Assembly (NCBI GenBank): GCA_965206645.1
Contig: CBDBKE010000004.1
Location: 1,024,001-1,088,000 of the forward strand
Direction of reading: 5' to 3'
DNA length: 64,000 nucleotides
DNA from: Terriglobia bacterium
GTDB taxonomy: Bacteria > Acidobacteriota > Terriglobia > JAJPHL01 > JAPKYU01
Shown here: in pieces, positions 8,699 through 18,108 of the stretch
How the letters are laid out: each line of letters begins with the position of its first letter
How positions within the stretch are numbered: position 1 is the first letter of the stretch
Translations under genes and position numbers: made by a program
Notes under the pieces: model-generated
Seen by the model: the letters and a program-made list of their open reading frames with translations, nothing else
What the model was told of the DNA's origin: nothing
Database searches by the model: none

Positions 8699-11600
8699 CT
8701 ATTCCTGATCCGGCATCTCCGGGACCGGCACCACCGGAAGCGTCGTGAAGATGCGCGTGCCGGGGTCCATTTCCAGGGCCACGGCGGTAAACAGATCCCC
8801 CCCTGGAGCACTGCAGCGCACCGACCCTGCGAAGTCGGACGTATCGGCGCCGGGGAACGCCTGGTCGATGAGCCAGGCCGTCTGCCCGTTGGCCTCCAGA
8901 GGGATGCTCGCGCCGTCGAGCAGCACACCCTCTCGCATCAAATCGCAGTGCACCAACCCCGCACTCGATTCCAGGTTGTGGAGCGCGACCCCCGTCGTGA
9001 TTCCTCCCTCCTGGCGGCGCACCGGGAAGAGGACGTCGCTGACGGGCGGGCTGGCTCCCACCCCGGCCACCCCGATCTCTGGGACGCCATAGCGCACGCC
9101 GCCGCCGATGGGACCGTCCGAGAGGACCTTCACCGATCCCGACACCAGCTCGCCTTGCCCGTGGGTTGAAATCGTGAGTTCCCCCAGCGGCTCCATCTCC
9201 GTCCGGACGGTCAGGCCTCCGTCCTCGGTGACCTCCAGATCGACCGTCACGTCCACCACCGATGCGGGGTCAATGAGACGGCCCCCTCGATCGTAAAAGT
9301 AGATTGCGGGCCGGATCGGATGGGAGGACACATTCACGAGCACCATCTCGGAGGTGATGCCGGTCCCATTGGCGAAATGCGCGAAGTCCAGGGCAAACAC
9401 TTCCGGCGCTTCCGGCGTGGCCTCGGCTTGGTTGGAAGCCCGGCCCCTGCCGATCCGGTTCACCGCCCGCACCTCGAAGACGTAGGCCGTGCCGTTGACG
9501 AGACCGGTGACCGTATCGGTGGTGTCGGTGGAGCCGATGGATATCCAGCGTCCCTTCCCGTCGATGCGGTACTCGTAATCCCTGATCTCAGAGCCGCCGT
9601 CGTCTTCGGGCGGGTCCCAGGACAGCTTCACCTGCCCGTCTCCACCCTCCGCCAGCAGATTCCTGGGCGCGGACGGCACCGTTTGGCGTGGGCCACCGCC
9701 GCCACCTCCGCCGGTTGACGGAGATGGCGTGGCTTCGAGCGTCACCACAGCACCACTGCCCAGGGCGTTGACCGCCCGCACCCGGAACATGTAGGTCTGG
9801 CCGTTGTTCAGGCCGGTCACCGTGTGGCTGGTGGCCGTCCCGCCCGTGGAGATCCAGATCTCGGACCCGTCCAGCTCGTATTCGTAGTGCGTGACCTCCG
9901 CGCCGCCGGATGGCTGGACCCAACTGAGCATCACCTGCCGGTTGCCGGGCGTGGCGTCGAGGCTGTGCGGCACGTCTGGCGCCCCCAGCGCGCCGGTCTG
10001 CCCCGAACCGGGCAGCGACCAGGGGCTGTCGCCTTCGGCGTTGGTCGCCAGCACCTGCACCTGGTAGGAGGTGCTCTCGGTCAGGCCCGAGATCGTCGCG
10101 CTGGTGCCGCTCACGTTCTGGGGGCCGTTGGTCCAGCTCCCGCTGGTGCCTTCCCGGTACTGCAGGTCGTAGTTGTCGATGGCGGGACCGGTGTTCGACG
10201 GTGTCGTCCAGTTCACCGACAGGCTGGTGGTGTTGCCGTCGACCGACGACACCGAGGGGGCCGCAGGCCGGCCCGGCGGCTCCTCCACGTCGGTGACCGT
10301 GATGGTCACCGCGAGGGTGTCGCTGCCGCCGTTGTCGTCCTCGGCCTTCAGCGTCACCGAGTAGCTCGGTTTCGTCTCGTGGTCGTAGGTGACGCCGGAC
10401 TCCGTCGAGAGCTGCCGGGTCGCCGGGTCGAAGCCGAACGATGCCGCGTCTGCGTCCTCCAGGGTGTAGGTCAGCGGGTCGTTGTCCGCATCCGTCGCCG
10501 CCGGCAGCGCCGTGCCGATGTTCGTGTTCGCCGCCGTGTTCTCGGGCACCTCGCGCGTGGCCGTGGGCGAGGAGAATTCCGGCGGCTCGTTGGCGGTGAT
10601 CGCGTTGGTGACTGGCTGAAGGACGACGGCATTGTTGGTGTTGCCGGCGAGGTCTGCCACAGCCAGCTGCGTTAAGGTGATGGTCAAGGTGCTGGTGAGG
10701 CTCACCACTCCGCTGTGGTCGACGGTGACCCGGCTCCCGCTGATGGTCGCCGCTGTGACTGCGCTGGTCACGTCCGATCCCGATGTGGTGACGGTGACGA
10801 GGAACTTGCTTGAATCCGCGCTTGCCAGTGCCTCGCTGAACGTCAGGATCACCTTCGTGCCGTCGGTCGACGTCGTCGGCGCATCGCTGCCCGTGGTGAC
10901 GAGCGTCGGGCGGATGCCGTCGACCTTGTGCCCGGCGTCGATCATGACCGCGATGTGGGTGAGGTCGGCGGTGGTGGTCGTGCTGCCGGTGGCGTAGATC
11001 GTGCCGCCGGTGAGCTTGTTCGCCGCGATCGCGACGCCGTTCGGGGCCGAGTCTCCCACCACCACCGTGTAGCTGCACGCCATCGTGGTCGTGTTCGTGC
11101 CGGTCGCGCAGGCGGCCGCTTTCGCGGTGCCGTTAAAGTCCAGCTCCAGCTGCGGCGTGCCGGTGATGTCGACCGCCTCGCTGAAGGTCACCGTCGCCTC
11201 GACCGCGTCGCCGATGCCGTAGGTGTTGAGGAGTCCGGGGTCGGAGGTCAGCGCGACCGACGTGACGGCCGGGGGGACCGGGGGGACCGGGGTGGAGTCG
11301 TCCGTGATCCTCAGCGCAATAGAGTCGCTCACGGACCAGCTGGGGACGTTGCTGTACCAAGAATAGGAATAGGTGCCCGCGCCATACGTTGCCTCACTGA
11401 AAGGGAATTGCTGGGTGCCAACAAGCAGCAATAGATTTGCAGCATCATCCCCGATCCCAACACCGTCGAGACTAAAAACCAGCACAGCTCCCGCGACAAC
11501 GGTTACGTTGTCAATTGTGTAGTTGGTTCCTTCATAGGTGAACGTCGTATCGGAAAGAGTGCCAAAACTACCTATGAATCCAACAGCACTCCCAGTAGCA

Positions 11601-12862
11601 GTCGCCACCGTCAGGGTGGCCGACCAGATCTCGGTGCCGGAGCCGGGCGTGGTGAAGCGAACGATGTCGACTGTGTAGGTTTTCGTGGTCGTTGTGTCGG
11701 GCGCGGTCACCTTCACCTTGACGATGTTGGTGCCCACGCTGAGGTTGACCTGGAGGCCGGCGGTCATGGTGTCGGCGTCCGTCAGGGTGTTGTCCGACCC
11801 GTCGAGATACTCAACCGTCGCCGTCGACTCGCTTTTCGTCTCGGTGATCGTGACCTGGCTCACCGCATTCGCCACCACCACCCCGTAATCTGTCGTGGCC
11901 GCGTCGAACGCCGGGCTGAGCGTCGCGCCGCTCACCGACAGGGCGCTCAACGTCGCGTCGGTGGTGTCGACCGTGACCGCATAGCCATTGACGATGATGC
12001 GGAGCGCCTCGTTGGCCCCGGACTTAACCGTCCAGGTGCCGCTGTTGTTCCAGTAGAACGTGTCTTTGATGCTCCAGTCCGAGAGGCCGAGCGCCGCATC
12101 TTCTCCGCTGGAGGTGGTGGAGTTGAGCTCCACGCTCCCGGTGCCGCGCTGCTTGATCACCACCACATAGTTGGTGTTCGCCGAGAGGGCGAGGCCGGTG
12201 TGGTCGAAAAACAGGAGCCCGGCCGCGAAGCTGGCCGGCGCCGTCAGGGCCGTGCAGTCGGAGGCGGTGGTGGAGGGAAACTCGTTCGCGGTGCCATCCT
12301 CCTCGCAGATCTCGACGTCGAAGTCGTCGCCCTCGGCGTCCTCGGAGCTGACGTGCATGCTGGTGAGGATGTAGCCGGCCGTGTTGCCACCCGTGTGGAA
12401 CAGCTGCGCATGGTCGTTGCCACTGGTGCTGGCGCTGTCATCGGCCATTTGCGCTTGGTTGCTCACGAGGACGCGCGGCGTCTGCGCCTCCGCCGGGGCC
12501 GCCCCGAGGAGCGCCAGACCCAAGACGAGGACGGTGGCGGCGGCGCGGCCTGGACGGGCGGGCCGACGGGACCGGTCTCGATCCCGCGCCCCGGCGGGCG
12601 CGGCGGAACAGTCAGACGGGAGGCTGGACCCCCCTCCGCTCATCCAGCGCATGGACCGCCCCGACGGCCCTGATGAGGGCGCGCGGCGCGCGCGGCGTTC
12701 CAGCGCGCCCGGGAGGCATGCCCCGACCACGCGCACGCGCCGGCGCGGCCACGCCCATGCCCGACGACACCACGCCGGGACCGCACCAACTCCCAGCCAC
12801 CGCGCGAGCACCGCCGTCAGCCAGCGACCGCCTCTCCTGCGACCGTTCCTGGGAAAACGCAC
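8699..12862 (-). CDS. giant multidomain surface protein/adhesin (cadherin-like beta-sandwich, Ig-like, cadherin, 3x FN3)
   Basis: Open frame of 1388 codons from GTG 12862, with GAGGAGG RBS 5 nt upstream; signal-like LVLGLALLGAAPAEAQ; DATLSALSVS..LSPAF; NEPPEF..VPEN..DADNDPLTY cadherin; three FN3 repeats; poly-Gly linker. Confidence 0.85.
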   Translation of the reverse strand: MRFPRNGRRRGGRWLTAVLARWLGVGAVPAWCRRAWAWPRRRVRVVGACLPGALERRARRAPSSGPSGRSMRWMSGGGSSLPSDCSAAPAGARDRDRSRRPARPGRAAATVLVLGLALLGAAPAEAQTPRVLVSNQAQMADDSASTSGNDHAQLFHTGGNTAGYILTSMHVSSEDAEGDDFDVEICEEDGTANEFPSTTASDCTALTAPASFAAGLLFFDHTGLALSANTNYVVVIKQRGTGSVELNSTTSSGEDAALGLSDWSIKDTFYWNNSGTWTVKSGANEALRIIVNGYAVTVDTTDATLSALSVSGATLSPAFDAATTDYGVVVANAVSQVTITETKSESTATVEYLDGSDNTLTDADTMTAGLQVNLSVGTNIVKVKVTAPDTTTTKTYTVDIVRFTTPGSGTEIWSATLTVATATGSAVGFIGSFGTLSDTTFTYEGTNYTIDNVTVVAGAVLVFSLDGVGIGDDAANLLLLVGTQQFPFSEATYGAGTYSYSWYSNVPSWSVSDSIALRITDDSTPVPPVPPAVTSVALTSDPGLLNTYGIGDAVEATVTFSEAVDITGTPQLELDFNGTAKAAACATGTNTTTMACSYTVVVGDSAPNGVAIAANKLTGGTIYATGSTTTTADLTHIAVMIDAGHKVDGIRPTLVTTGSDAPTTSTDGTKVILTFSEALASADSSKFLVTVTTSGSDVTSAVTAATISGSRVTVDHSGVVSLTSTLTITLTQLAVADLAGNTNNAVVLQPVTNAITANEPPEFSSPTATREVPENTAANTNIGTALPAATDADNDPLTYTLEDADAASFGFDPATRQLSTESGVTYDHETKPSYSVTLKAEDDNGGSDTLAVTITVTDVEEPPGRPAAPSVSSVDGNTTSLSVNWTTPSNTGPAIDNYDLQYREGTSGSWTNGPQNVSGTSATISGLTESTSYQVQVLATNAEGDSPWSLPGSGQTGALGAPDVPHSLDATPGNRQVMLSWVQPSGGAEVTHYEYELDGSEIWISTGGTATSHTVTGLNNGQTYMFRVRAVNALGSGAVVTLEATPSPSTGGGGGGGPRQTVPSAPRNLLAEGGDGQVKLSWDPPEDDGGSEIRDYEYRIDGKGRWISIGSTDTTDTVTGLVNGTAYVFEVRAVNRIGRGRASNQAEATPEAPEVFALDFAHFANGTGITSEMVLVNVSSHPIRPAIYFYDRGGRLIDPASVVDVTVDLEVTEDGGLTVRTEMEPLGELTISTHGQGELVSGSVKVLSDGPIGGGVRYGVPEIGVAGVGASPPVSDVLFPVRRQEGGITTGVALHNLESSAGLVHCDLMREGVLLDGASIPLEANGQTAWLIDQAFPGADTSDFAGSVRCSAPGGDLFTAVALEMDPGTRIFTTLPVVPVPEMPDQE

Positions 12863-12875
12863 CGTCACCTCCTCG

Positions 12876-12911
12876 TTTTGCTCGCGATAACTGGAATTAT
12901 CGCGAGTAAAA
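12876..12911 (+). other. loxP-like recombination site A
   Basis: TTTTGCTCGCGATAA-ctggaa-TTATCGCGAGTAAAA: 15-bp inverted arms (1 mismatch) around an asymmetric spacer. Confidence 0.85.
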
Positions 12912-12948
12912 ATGAGCGGTCTTTTTCGACGGAACGGGAGGCCGCCCG

Positions 12949-13932
12949 ATGCTGATTGCCGAGACGCCATGCGATGTCGAGCGTGTGACCGGCGTGGCAC
13001 ACGCCGCGGAGGTGGGGGACTCCCTGGCCGCTTACTTCGACGCGGCCCGGGGGGCGTTCAGCCACAACACCGAACGCGCGCTGAGAGCCGACGTGGAGAT
13101 ATTCGCAGCCTGGTGCCGACAACATCTCCGGGCGGCGTTGCCCGCCAGCGTCCCTACCGTGGTCGCGTTCATCGACGACATGGCGCGCGTCAAGACTCCG
13201 GCGACGGTGCGCCGCTACGTGTCCAGCATCGCCACCGTGCACAAGGCGCTACGGCAAACGAGTCCCCTGGAGAGCGCCCCCGCGCGGTTCGCCCTGCAAC
13301 GGATGCACCGGCGCCGGGGGCGTCGGCAGGCGCAAGTCCAGGGGCTGACCTGGCCGATGCGAAACCGACTGCTGGAGGCGGCCGGAGACCGGTTGATCGA
13401 CGCCCGGAACCGCGCGCTCCTGGCGATGGGCTACGACACGCTGCTGCGGCGCTCCGAGCTGGTTTCGCTGGACGTGTCTGATGTACTGGAGGAAATCGAC
13501 GGAACGGCGACGCTGCTCGTGCGCTCAGGCAAGACCGACGCGGAGGGGCGAGGCGCGACGCTCTACCTGGCGCGCGACACCGTGCAGCTCGTCAAGACGT
13601 GGCTCGAACGGGGCGGCGTCGACGGAGGGCGGGTGTTCCGCTCCGTGCGCAAGGATCGCACGGTCGGCGAGCAGCTCGACGCGAGCCAGGTGCCGCGCAT
13701 CTACAAGCGGATGGCGCGACACGCCGGGCTTCCCGACGACATCGTCGACGCGCTGGCCGGGCACAGCACGCGCGTCGGGCCGGTGCAGGACATGATCGCC
13801 TGTGGCATCGAGTTGCCGGCCATCCTGCAGTCGGGTCGGTGGAAGACGACGCGCATGGTCCACCGCTACGGGGAACGGTTGCTGGCGCGGCGCAGCGGCG
13901 CCGCCCAGCTGGCCGAGCGGCAGCAGCGCTGA
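12949..13932 (+). CDS. Cre-like tyrosine recombinase
   Basis: N-terminal SAM-like domain; LLRRSEL (R), RSGKTD (K), GHSTRVG (HxxR), SGRW (W as in Cre), HRY (Y); GGGAGG RBS. Confidence 0.9.
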   Translation: MLIAETPCDVERVTGVAHAAEVGDSLAAYFDAARGAFSHNTERALRADVEIFAAWCRQHLRAALPASVPTVVAFIDDMARVKTPATVRRYVSSIATVHKALRQTSPLESAPARFALQRMHRRRGRRQAQVQGLTWPMRNRLLEAAGDRLIDARNRALLAMGYDTLLRRSELVSLDVSDVLEEIDGTATLLVRSGKTDAEGRGATLYLARDTVQLVKTWLERGGVDGGRVFRSVRKDRTVGEQLDASQVPRIYKRMARHAGLPDDIVDALAGHSTRVGPVQDMIACGIELPAILQSGRWKTTRMVHRYGERLLARRSGAAQLAERQQR

Positions 13933-14035
13933 ACAGGCCCCACTCTGGAGGCGACGGGTCGTGACGCTGGCGCGCACGTCAGGGGTAGAGGTTCGCCCGC
14001 GCCGTCCCCAGCGGCGCCCTCACATCTCTGGGACG

Positions 14036-14050
14036 TTATCGCGAGCAAAA
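14036..14050 (+). promoter_or_regulatory. isolated recombinase-binding half site
   Basis: TTATCGCGAGCAAAA is the exact reverse complement of the left arm of site A. Confidence 0.7.
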
Positions 14051-14173
14051 ACTCGACATTGTTGCTACATGTCCCGCGATGGGCGCGGCGCACTCCGCCG
14101 GTTGTTCCGTCGGCAGACGCAACCCTGTTCCGACAGAACCGCCGTGATTTCAGCGGTTTATTACTGAAAGTGA

Positions 14174-14203
14174 TGGCGAATGCGGGTCACGGTGTGATAT
14201 GCT
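14174..14203 (+). promoter_or_regulatory. candidate sigma70 promoter (extended -10) pointing at site B
   Basis: TGGCGA, 18 nt, TATGCT, with TG one base upstream of the -10 (14195-14203). Confidence 0.4.
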
Positions 14204-14233
14204 CGCGCCGTACCGACCTGGCGCGGAACCGAT

Positions 14234-14269
14234 TTTTGTGCGCGATAATTCCAGTTATCGCGAGTAAAA
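14234..14269 (-). other. loxP-like recombination site B, inverted relative to site A
   Basis: TTTTGTGCGCGATAA-ttccag-TTATCGCGAGTAAAA; spacer is the reverse complement of site A spacer ctggaa. Confidence 0.85.
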
Positions 14270-14716
14270 TGCCTTGATGTGATCGCGTTTCCCGACGCTT
14301 CAGGTCACAGCATGTCAGCGCCAACCGGTGCTCCCTATTTCCCCGTCGTGGCGGCCTCCCGTCGTTGATCACGATGGTGGCCTCGCCGCCATCGGTGAGG
14401 CGCCCGTCGCCGCCGGTGACTCGCCCCACCCGTCGACCATCGAGATCCCTCGTGACGTCGCGCCCGTGGCGCGCATCGCGCGACCGGCCTCTGCGCTGAC
14501 CCAGCAGGCACGCCGTCGCAGCGCCCTCCGCGGGTGGGCGGCAGATGCCATCCCTGCCGTTCATCACGTGGAGGCCATGCTACCGACGCGCCGGGAGGAT
14601 GGGTATACGAGAACATCGCGGGTGGTTATGAGGGGGAACACCCCATGGTGTTGGCCGTTCCGTTCGCCGGTCCTGTGCCCGGTCTCGGGAGCCCGCCGCG
14701 GCGCCGGCGCCCCCGC

Positions 14717-15750
14717 TCAGCGGATCGACAGCAGGTGCGCGCGCAGGGTCACGCGCCGCTCCACGCCGAGCTTGGCGCGGATGTTGTGGCGGTGAAAGTC
14801 GATCGTGCTCGGCGCCCGCGACAGCGTGGCGGCGATGTCCTTCGTGGTCAGGCCGCGCATCACCAGATGCGCGACGTCGGCTTCGGTCGCGGTCAAGGCC
14901 TGGAACACGCGCGCCATCCTCGATGACAGCGACGAGGTGAGGGTCGTGAGGTTGGTCTCGATCAGGCTCACGTACTCCACGGCCGCGCTGTCGCGCTCCA
15001 CGAGCCGCGCGAGCTTCGCCACATGCGGCATCACCAGCGTATGGATCTGTTGCAGCAGCTGCTCGTTGCGCGCCTCGTGGGACTTCTCGACATTGCCGAG
15101 CAGCACGCGCAGCGCCGTGTTGGCGTCCTGCAGTTCGCTGGTGCGTTCGACCACCTGCCGTGCGGTCTGGTCGAGCGAGTGCTGCAGGGCGGTTTCGAGC
15201 CGGCGGCGTTCGGCGATCTCGACCAGCGACCGCAGGTTCGCCTCGACCACGCCGGCGAACGCCTGCAGCCCCTCGCGGAACAGCAGCGCGTGGTCGTTGC
15301 GCTCGCGGTCGAGCACGCAGATCGTGCCGAACACCTCGCCGCTGGGCCATTTCAGGGGATAGCCGATGTAGAAGCGCATCCCGTCGGCCAGATCCTCGTT
15401 GGCCGCCCAGACCGGGTCGCGGGTCGCGTCCTCGACCACCAGCTCGCCGTCGTTGTCGAACACGCCCTGGCAATAGAGCAATGCGTTCAGATCGTACTCG
15501 CGCCCGACATCGTAGGGGTTGCCCTCGGTGCGGCTACTCACCAGGACCGTGTGCTTCGGACGCTCGGTGCGCATGATCAGGCTCGCCGGCACCCGGGCGA
15601 GCCGTGCCGTCAGGTCGACCACGCGCTGCCACTCGGCCAGCGTCTCGGACGGGATCGCGGGCAGCACGGTCGTCACGGCCGCAGTTCCGATGACCACCGC
15701 CGCCGGGCCGGACCCGATCGGGGACGGGGACTCCTCGCTAACGGCATACG
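14717..15750 (-). CDS. GAF-domain / LuxR-HTH transcriptional regulator (start uncertain)
   Basis: GAF (LVVEDATRDP..FYIGYPL..GEVFGTICVLD), coiled coil, C-terminal LTATEADVAHLV.RGLTTKDIA..TIDFHRHNIRAKLG. Confidence 0.8.
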
Positions 15751-15909
15751 CACTCGTGCCTCGGCCTGGACAACGGGGGATGCCATGCCGTCGCACGATC
15801 GAGGGGCATCCGGGAAGAATACCTGAATCGATATGGGGCACTGCCCCATATTGTTCGGGACGTGGCGGCGGCCTTTCGCGGGGGCCGGGCACCGCTCGGC
15901 CGGGGCCCA

Positions 15910-16187
15910 CGGGTCGGGCAGTTGCTGCAGGCGCGGCACACGTTCGTCGATGGGATGGTAGACCTCGAGGTACTCTCGTTCCAGGTTTCGCGGCGCTGTC
16001 CCCGGTAGTAGAGCCCGGCGAAGAGCACCCGGAGGTCGTCCTTCGGGCCTTCGCCGACCAGGAGTGCATTGCTCGTCAGGCCGCAGGCCTCGTCAATCAG
16101 GGCCGTGGTGGTCGGCCAGTGAACATCGTCGAGCATGGCTTCGTGCAACGATGTCAGGATGCGCTTGAATGCGTCGTGGCCACTCAT
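15910..16187 (-). pseudogene. N-terminal remnant of LuxR-family HTH regulator
   Basis: AFKRILTSLHEAMLDDVHWP..LIDEACG, then frameshift and truncation. Confidence 0.55.
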
Positions 16188-16352
16188 GGCGATGTCTTCC
16201 TTCAGTCATAAGAATGTCAACTGACCGCCGCGGAGCCGAGCCGACATCGATCTGGAGTCCAGAGAGTGGAGCGTTGCGGTGGAATGGATGGAGCACACGC
16301 GGGAGTACCGGGTGCCGGGACTGATCAACTCCAAGCCAGAGGAGAAGGCCGA

Positions 16353-17060
16353 ATGATCAATCAGCCGGAGGAACGCCCGCTATCTATCGGGTCTGCCGTA
16401 CAGTTCACTCACAAGGGGAAAACAATCCACGGACATCTCTTCCAAAGGCAGGGCCGACGCCGCTTCGCGAAGGTCGTCGACACCGCAGAGCGGACCTGGA
16501 ACGTCCCCGAGTCAATGTTAAAGCCCTCGGGAGGAGCGCGACGAGCCACGATCATCACGCGGCACGACAACGCACGCGCTGACTACCGCGTGGGGGACAA
16601 GGTGACGTTCACAAGTCCCGACGGACCAAGGCGTGGCGAGATCGTGAAGTTCAACCCGAAGAGCGCCAAGGTACGCTGCGAAGAGACAGGCTGGAACGTC
16701 TCCTATGGCTTACTCCACAGGGCGGGAAAGGAAAGCGCGAGGAACGGTGCGGAGAGGCTGAACGGCGTCGCGGGAATGGCGAGGCGGTTGATGGACGAGC
16801 AGGGGCTCACGGGCTGGACGCTCGCGTTCGGCGAGGCCAGGAAACGCCTTGGCGCCTGTCATTTCCGACACCACGTGATCTGGATCAGCCGCACCCATGC
16901 CCTGGAGGGAAGCGAGGAGCAGATCCGGGACACCGTGCTACACGAGATCGCACACGCGATCGCGGGACACGAGGCTGGCCATGGACCGCTGTGGAAGGCA
17001 ACAGCACGGCGAATCGGGGCAACACCGAGGGCGAAGACCTATGAGAGCCAAACGAGCTAA
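16353..17060 (+). CDS. SprT-like zinc metalloprotease with two N-terminal SH3/KOW-like repeats
   Basis: RLGAC, DTVLHEIAHA, GHGPLWK..ARRIG. Confidence 0.8.
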   Translation: MINQPEERPLSIGSAVQFTHKGKTIHGHLFQRQGRRRFAKVVDTAERTWNVPESMLKPSGGARRATIITRHDNARADYRVGDKVTFTSPDGPRRGEIVKFNPKSAKVRCEETGWNVSYGLLHRAGKESARNGAERLNGVAGMARRLMDEQGLTGWTLAFGEARKRLGACHFRHHVIWISRTHALEGSEEQIRDTVLHEIAHAIAGHEAGHGPLWKATARRIGATPRAKTYESQTS

Positions 17061-17414
17061 GGCGAGATGATGTCTCTCCCGGCGATGACGAACCAATCAG
17101 CGTCGCATAGAGGCATCGCCAATCAAATCGATACTACAACACGGTTTTGCAACGCCCAAGTCATCAAAACATGTCGGGAGCCGGACCGTTTCGTAACCGG
17201 CTGTTTCGGACATACAGGCGAGGGCGCCGTTCGGCCAGCCCCGCCGTGTGTCGTATCTCGTGTCTGATTCTATGTCTTGCAGACGTCGAGCGCGTGTGCC
17301 CGTGCCGTGCGCCGAACGCGCCCGGCGGTGTGCACGGACGGATGGCCTCGGTGATCGCTTCACGGTTCAGCCGTTCACGCCCACCGCCCCCCGCAAGAAG
17401 CCAATCTCACTCGG

Positions 17415-17699
17415 TTAGGGACACTCCGGCAGAGCGAGGAGATTATTGTTCCAGTCTCCATCTGCGTAGGTTCGCAGGTACTTCCGGCGACCATTGCCGG
17501 GATCCACGACACCGACGTTGGACCGGTGTCCAGCCGCATCGATGACGAAGAAGGTGTCCGTCCTGTTTTCGATGCTGGCAACTACATCCTCGGCGGGCCA
17601 CTTCCAACCGCCTCCGCCGGGTCCGCCAACATGGGTAATCCGGTCGTGGGTACTATTCCGGTCTGGCTTCGTTACGCAGGTGATCTGAACGTCTGCCAT
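17415..17699 (-). CDS. DUF3892 family protein
   Basis: ITHVGG, KYLRTYADG..NNLLALPEC. Confidence 0.8.
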   Translation of the reverse strand: MADVQITCVTKPDRNSTHDRITHVGGPGGGGWKWPAEDVVASIENRTDTFFVIDAAGHRSNVGVVDPGNGRRKYLRTYADGDWNNNLLALPECP

Positions 17700-17759
17700 G
17701 TCGTTCTCCAAGAAGGTAGTCCGAATTCGGGTTTCCGTATCAGGCGGGGCGCTGTGACT

Positions 17760-17972
17760 TCAACTGCAGCTAGCGCAGTACCGCCGTGCTCTGCCCGCGA
17801 TCCTGAAGGCTTCCGTGCATGTCTCCAGCACGACGCGCCCTGGCGCTCGTTTCCCCAAATATCGTCCGAGCTGGTCAGTGCGGCAGCGCTTTTCCTCGAC
17901 AATCACGCCGGCGCCGTTGCGAACACACACCTGGCTTACCTTGCTACCGAGATCGATGCCGATATTCTCCAT
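17760..17972 (-). pseudogene. IS110-family transposase N-terminal fragment
   Basis: IGIDLGSKVSQVCV..VVLET DEDD-type start, truncated at 70 aa. Confidence 0.75.
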
Positions 17973-18108
17973 GGCGGTCTCCTTCGGTCCCCAGTATCGA
18001 GGACCTCACCGGAGGCCGGCCACTTCATCCTTTCTGATCAAGCCCACTGGAGGCTGGGTCAACGCGCACTTTGCCGGCAAGGTGGCGTAGCTGGGCAGAA
18101 CACCGGCG

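Noticed and set aside
12863-13000. Adhesin start at 13000 as in the ORF track
   Set aside because: Would overlap the recombinase and cross site A; GTG 12862 has a strong RBS
17760-18100. Active IS110 / bridge-RNA system
   Set aside because: Only ~60 codons of transposase remain, and no RNA structure can be supported by eye
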